Shown here: piece by piece, positions 60,520 to 64,000 of the stretch
Numbering within the stretch: the first letter of the stretch is position 1
Layout: each line of letters begins with the position of its first letter
From: Takakia lepidozioides
Taxonomy: Eukaryota > Plantae > Bryophyta
Length of the DNA stretch: 64,000 bases
Reading direction: 5' to 3'
Assembly (NCBI GenBank): GCA_030704615.1
Contig: CM060732.1
Coordinates: 7,626,001-7,690,000, forward strand
Position numbers and translations under genes: made by a program
Notes under the pieces: generated by a model
Database searches by the model: none
What the model saw: only the letters and a program-made list of their open reading frames with translations
What the model was told of the DNA's origin: nothing

Positions 60520-61130
60520 AGTCCGCTGGAAGACTCACTTGCGCAAGTACGCTGCAAGGTCAGTCTGCTCGGGTGTGCTGCCAGCAACGTCTGGATAAGT
60601 TTGCTGCCGGTCTCCTAAGGGTAAGTCCACTGGCAGGCCAGTCCGCCGGAGGGGACTGTTCGCAAGCAGTCCGTTGCAAGACTCACGTGCGCCAGTCTGC
60701 TGCGACCTCAGTCTGGTCCAGCAAGTCCGCTGGCAGGCAGGTCCGCCAGAGGGACTGTTCGCAAGCAGTCCGCTACAAGACTCACGTGCGCCAGTCTACT
60801 ACGACCTCAGTCTGGTCGAGCAAGTCCGCTCGCAGGCGAGTCCGTCGGATGAGACTGTTCGCAAGCAGTCCGCTGCAAGACTCACGTGCGCCACTCTGCT
60901 GCGACCTCAGTCTGGTCCAGCAAGTCCGCTGGTAGGCAGGTCTGCTGGAGGGGACTGTTTGCAAGCAGTCCGCTGCAAGACTCACGTGCGCCAGTCTGCT
61001 GCGACCTCACTCTAGTCCGCTGGTAGGCGAGTCCGCCGGAGGGGCTATTTGGAAGTCTGCTGGCAATCCAGTCCGGTCGGGATGCCCTCTGGCCAAGTCC
61101 GTTGCAAGACTCACTTACGAAAGTCCGCTG
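60520..61130. repeat. ~100-bp tandem repeat (4-5 units) of GTCCGC/GTCTGC subunits
   Basis: Unit starts near 60626, 60725, 60824, 60924 and 61016. Confidence 0.85.
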
Positions 61131-61343
61131 CGAGGTCAGCATGGTCAGGTCTGCTGGCGGTGTCGTGAGGGCACACTCATGGCAGGTCAGAGTGGGCGAG
61201 TCTGCTGCCTGAATCCGTTTGGAACAGACGGGCAGACCAGTCAACTAGACAGTCTATTGGGTTAGTGCCCAAATCCACCGGCCAAGTCCTCTTTGAAGTC
61301 TCTCATGTGGGCATGTGTACTTTGCAGGGCTGTTTTTTGAGGA

Positions 61344-62486
61344 GTGCTAATTTTCCTGTGCCTTTGGCATGTCCGGCGGGCTTGGGTGAAGCAATTATGC
61401 GCGAAAACCAAAGATCCTATCATTGCCGCAAACTTGCTGAAAGATATGGGAGACCTCATGTACTGTAGAGGTGGACCAATCAATCCCAAAGAAGGTCTTG
61501 CATGGGTAGCAACAATGCTCCGATGCATGAGAAAGAAATATCCGAATGGGCATGAATTTCTGGACTACATCGATAAGGAATGGTGTCCTAAAATAGCAAT
61601 GTGGTGTACAGTAGCTCGCCATGTTCCGCATGCCACTCAAGACACCAATGCTAGCATTGAGGCATACCGTGGAAATTTGAAGGCAAGACTGAGGATGGGG
61701 AAAGGCAAAATGACTGGGCGTAGAGTGGATTGGCTCATATGGGAACTCACAAGCCGTGTGCTAACACACTACTGATATGCAATTCACCTGAAGACACACG
61801 GATTCATAAGGAATGACAAACAGGAGAAGTACATGTCCAGTTCTGTGCTTGCGGCACGCGATATCCTAGCTTGCAATGTCACTCTTCCGTTCCATCCTGG
61901 GCAATCAGCCTATGTTCTAAGCACCAATCACCCAAACACAATTTACATTGTTTACAACCCCGGATGCGAATGGGCTTCTTGCACTTGCCCATGGGCAATG
62001 AAGGGCAATTTGTGCAAGCATCAAGTCCGAGTCCTGAAGTTGCTTCATCCACACTTGCAGGATGGACTCATAGTGCGCGCTTGTGGCACGGCGCTGGGAA
62101 CCATTCATGGAGGATTGCATAATGTGTCTAGGGTTCATGCAAGTGTCGGCGACAAAGAGGGTTTGGGAAATGCAACAGAGGGCCCTTCCACAGATGACTT
62201 CCCCTATGATGCGGAGCCTGTCCTCGTACCATCCTCCATGGATGAAGAATTTGCAGACATACTTCGCATTGTTAGGGACGACAAATACCTGCAGAAACAT
62301 GTGTTGTCTTCTCTTCGTATCTGTAGGGGGCAGCTTGTTGATATTCTCGCCAAGAGTGCTGCAGGAATGTTGTACCAAAGTTGCAAGCGAAGAAATTGTC
62401 ATTTGCCCCCCGAACGACTCGTTAAACCTTTCAACCAATTTTCAATCATGAATCATTTAATAGGGGAACAATTGGTTCACCCTTAG
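61344..62486 (+). pseudogene. MULE transposase C-terminal half with SWIM zinc finger
   Basis: FLCLWHVRRAW (CxxH), DTNASIEAY (catalytic E), RRVDWLI, SCTCPWAMKGNLCKH (SWIM); one in-frame stop. Confidence 0.85.
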
Positions 62487-62772
62487 AACCATTTTAGATT
62501 GACCTCATACTTGTCCGGTAACTTAAAGAGGGCATGTATAACACACTCCCAAAGTTTCAAATCAATCTAAAATCATTTGGCAAGGGAACGATTGGTTCAC
62601 CCATTGACCCGGTGTACACTGTCACTCTTCAAGATTCGTGGGTGTGGTGATTGATTATCCCATATGATGGACCGAGGTGCCATGGCCAAGTAACAAACCA
62701 TTAAAACATTATGGTACGAGACAAACACAATTGAAAACAACATTTATTCAAACATGATGTACACTCAGAGGT

Positions 62773-64000
62773 CTACAAGTTTCTATCCATCCTCCAGCAA
62801 TTTTTGGGCTCAGGCCAATTGAATAGCCCCATCATGAAACGCTTCACAACATTTTCTAGTTTGTACTGCAACTCTACTGTGTCTACACACAAGTTTTCCA
62901 GAGCGGAAGCAAAACAGGTTCCAATAGACATATCGTTGAACAAACTTGCATCGAACGTGTTACCCCCATTTATTGCCTGGGCTATCTTCCCAATTGCAAA
63001 GGTCTCTGATGGCACGGTTAGAGGGGGCCTACGAGGTGTGCCATCCGACTGGTTGTTGGCTACATTATGAACAATTGCAATTTCAGGTGCAATCCATCAT
63101 CTATGTGCGAGAGTCTTTATCATCTTGTCTCTGCTCTAAAAAATGTACAACGTGGTTTTTGGGTCATCCATCGTGGAGGCCATCCCCCAATCGCATACCC
63201 CGATGTACACATCTTCAGACCCTTGTGGAAAATGCAACAAGATGTTGTCGGGGGACATGTCATTGTGCAAGAGATGATGATTATGGACGTTGAGCATGAT
63301 GTGCAAAAACGCCCATGCCAATTGGGTGCGATTCTGTCGGAATCCGAACCAGTTGGTTGACCTCCTGCATTTCTTGCTCCGTCCCCCGTCGTTCCATTAA
63401 CTCCCTGTTATCCCGATCATTCCCCCTTTTCCTGTCAATACTCAACCATGATCGTTTGGTCCCCCCATTCCACCAATGTGTGTAACCTTCATTTCGACGT
63501 GGATGCAACGCAAAATACTTTATGATGCCGAAATGATGGAACTTTACAGCCAACGCCTCATTATTATGTTGGACTTTGGCAAGCTCAGCATTTGTTTCCC
63601 TGGGCGTTTTCCCTGCTAGCTCCCAAGATGGAGGAATGAATTGATCCCCAACAATTCTAACCCTCCGAATTGTACCATACCCTCCCTATTTGGGCGCGTC
63701 GAGTTGTTGTACCTGTACGTTTGTGTATATGTATCTCACGTTCAATGTCGCATCCGCGGACGAGGACCCTGCCTTCCATGGGAGTGGTTTTGTACGTCGT
63801 TTGGCGTGGGCCTTTGCCATGTCAGACCACCAATCCACTCCATCCAGTCCTCCATCCATTTCGTGAACTGGAACTTCGTCCTGTCCTCCTCCCATTCATC
63901 CCCGGCCAAAACCTCCCTCATTCTCATCTCCATATTGTGCTGGAATCTAAGGAACCCCTCATTCCCATGTCGGACATACAAAAGATTCAAACGCATTATG
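62773..64000 (-). pseudogene. Protein kinase (non-RD, HND-type), degenerate; 5' end outside the window
   Basis: GGYGTIRRV (Gly loop), LAGK, LLHNDMSPDNILL, CDWG, WIAPE, SETFAIG; stops and frameshifts. Confidence 0.82.

Overview
Eukaryotic, transposon-saturated genomic DNA. The element families and GT-AG introns suggest a non-seed green plant (bryophyte, lycophyte, fern or streptophyte alga); this is an inference. No ordinary host gene is recognisable. From left to right: (1) 1-11764, a minus-strand non-chromoviral Ty3/Gypsy LTR retrotransposon with extra ORFs before gag and after pol. (2) A ~1.27 kb duplication and microsatellite-rich spacer. (3) 18444-~22330, a two-ORF Penelope-like element with a Naiad/Chlamys-type RT and no visible endonuclease. 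Its 3' end is a covarying multi-hairpin RNA abutting (CT)n, and a diverged second copy of that RNA lies at 13.8-14.0 kb. (4) A large Mutator-like DNA-transposon complex at ~22.4-47.1 kb. It carries a spliced ParB/Sulfiredoxin-like gene, a spliced and tandemly duplicated beta-class amino-DNA-methyltransferase-like gene, and arrays of CGGCGCCG-core palindromes. (5) Inserted into that MTase-like gene with a perfect AAGG target-site duplication is a Ty3/Gypsy element (30607-42433). Its pol contains a DNMT3-like C5-cytosine methyltransferase between PR and RT and a PHD finger after IN. It has a self-priming-type PBS and an unusual A1...B1-X-A2-B2 split-repeat structure. (6) Galadriel-like chromoviruses, one apparently broken by a ~3.5 kb inversion. 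(7) A SWIM-type MULE transposase convergent with a protein-kinase pseudogene. Most ORFs carry stops or frameshifts, and those in homopolymer runs may be sequencing errors. All family calls come from motif recognition by eye, not from database searches.
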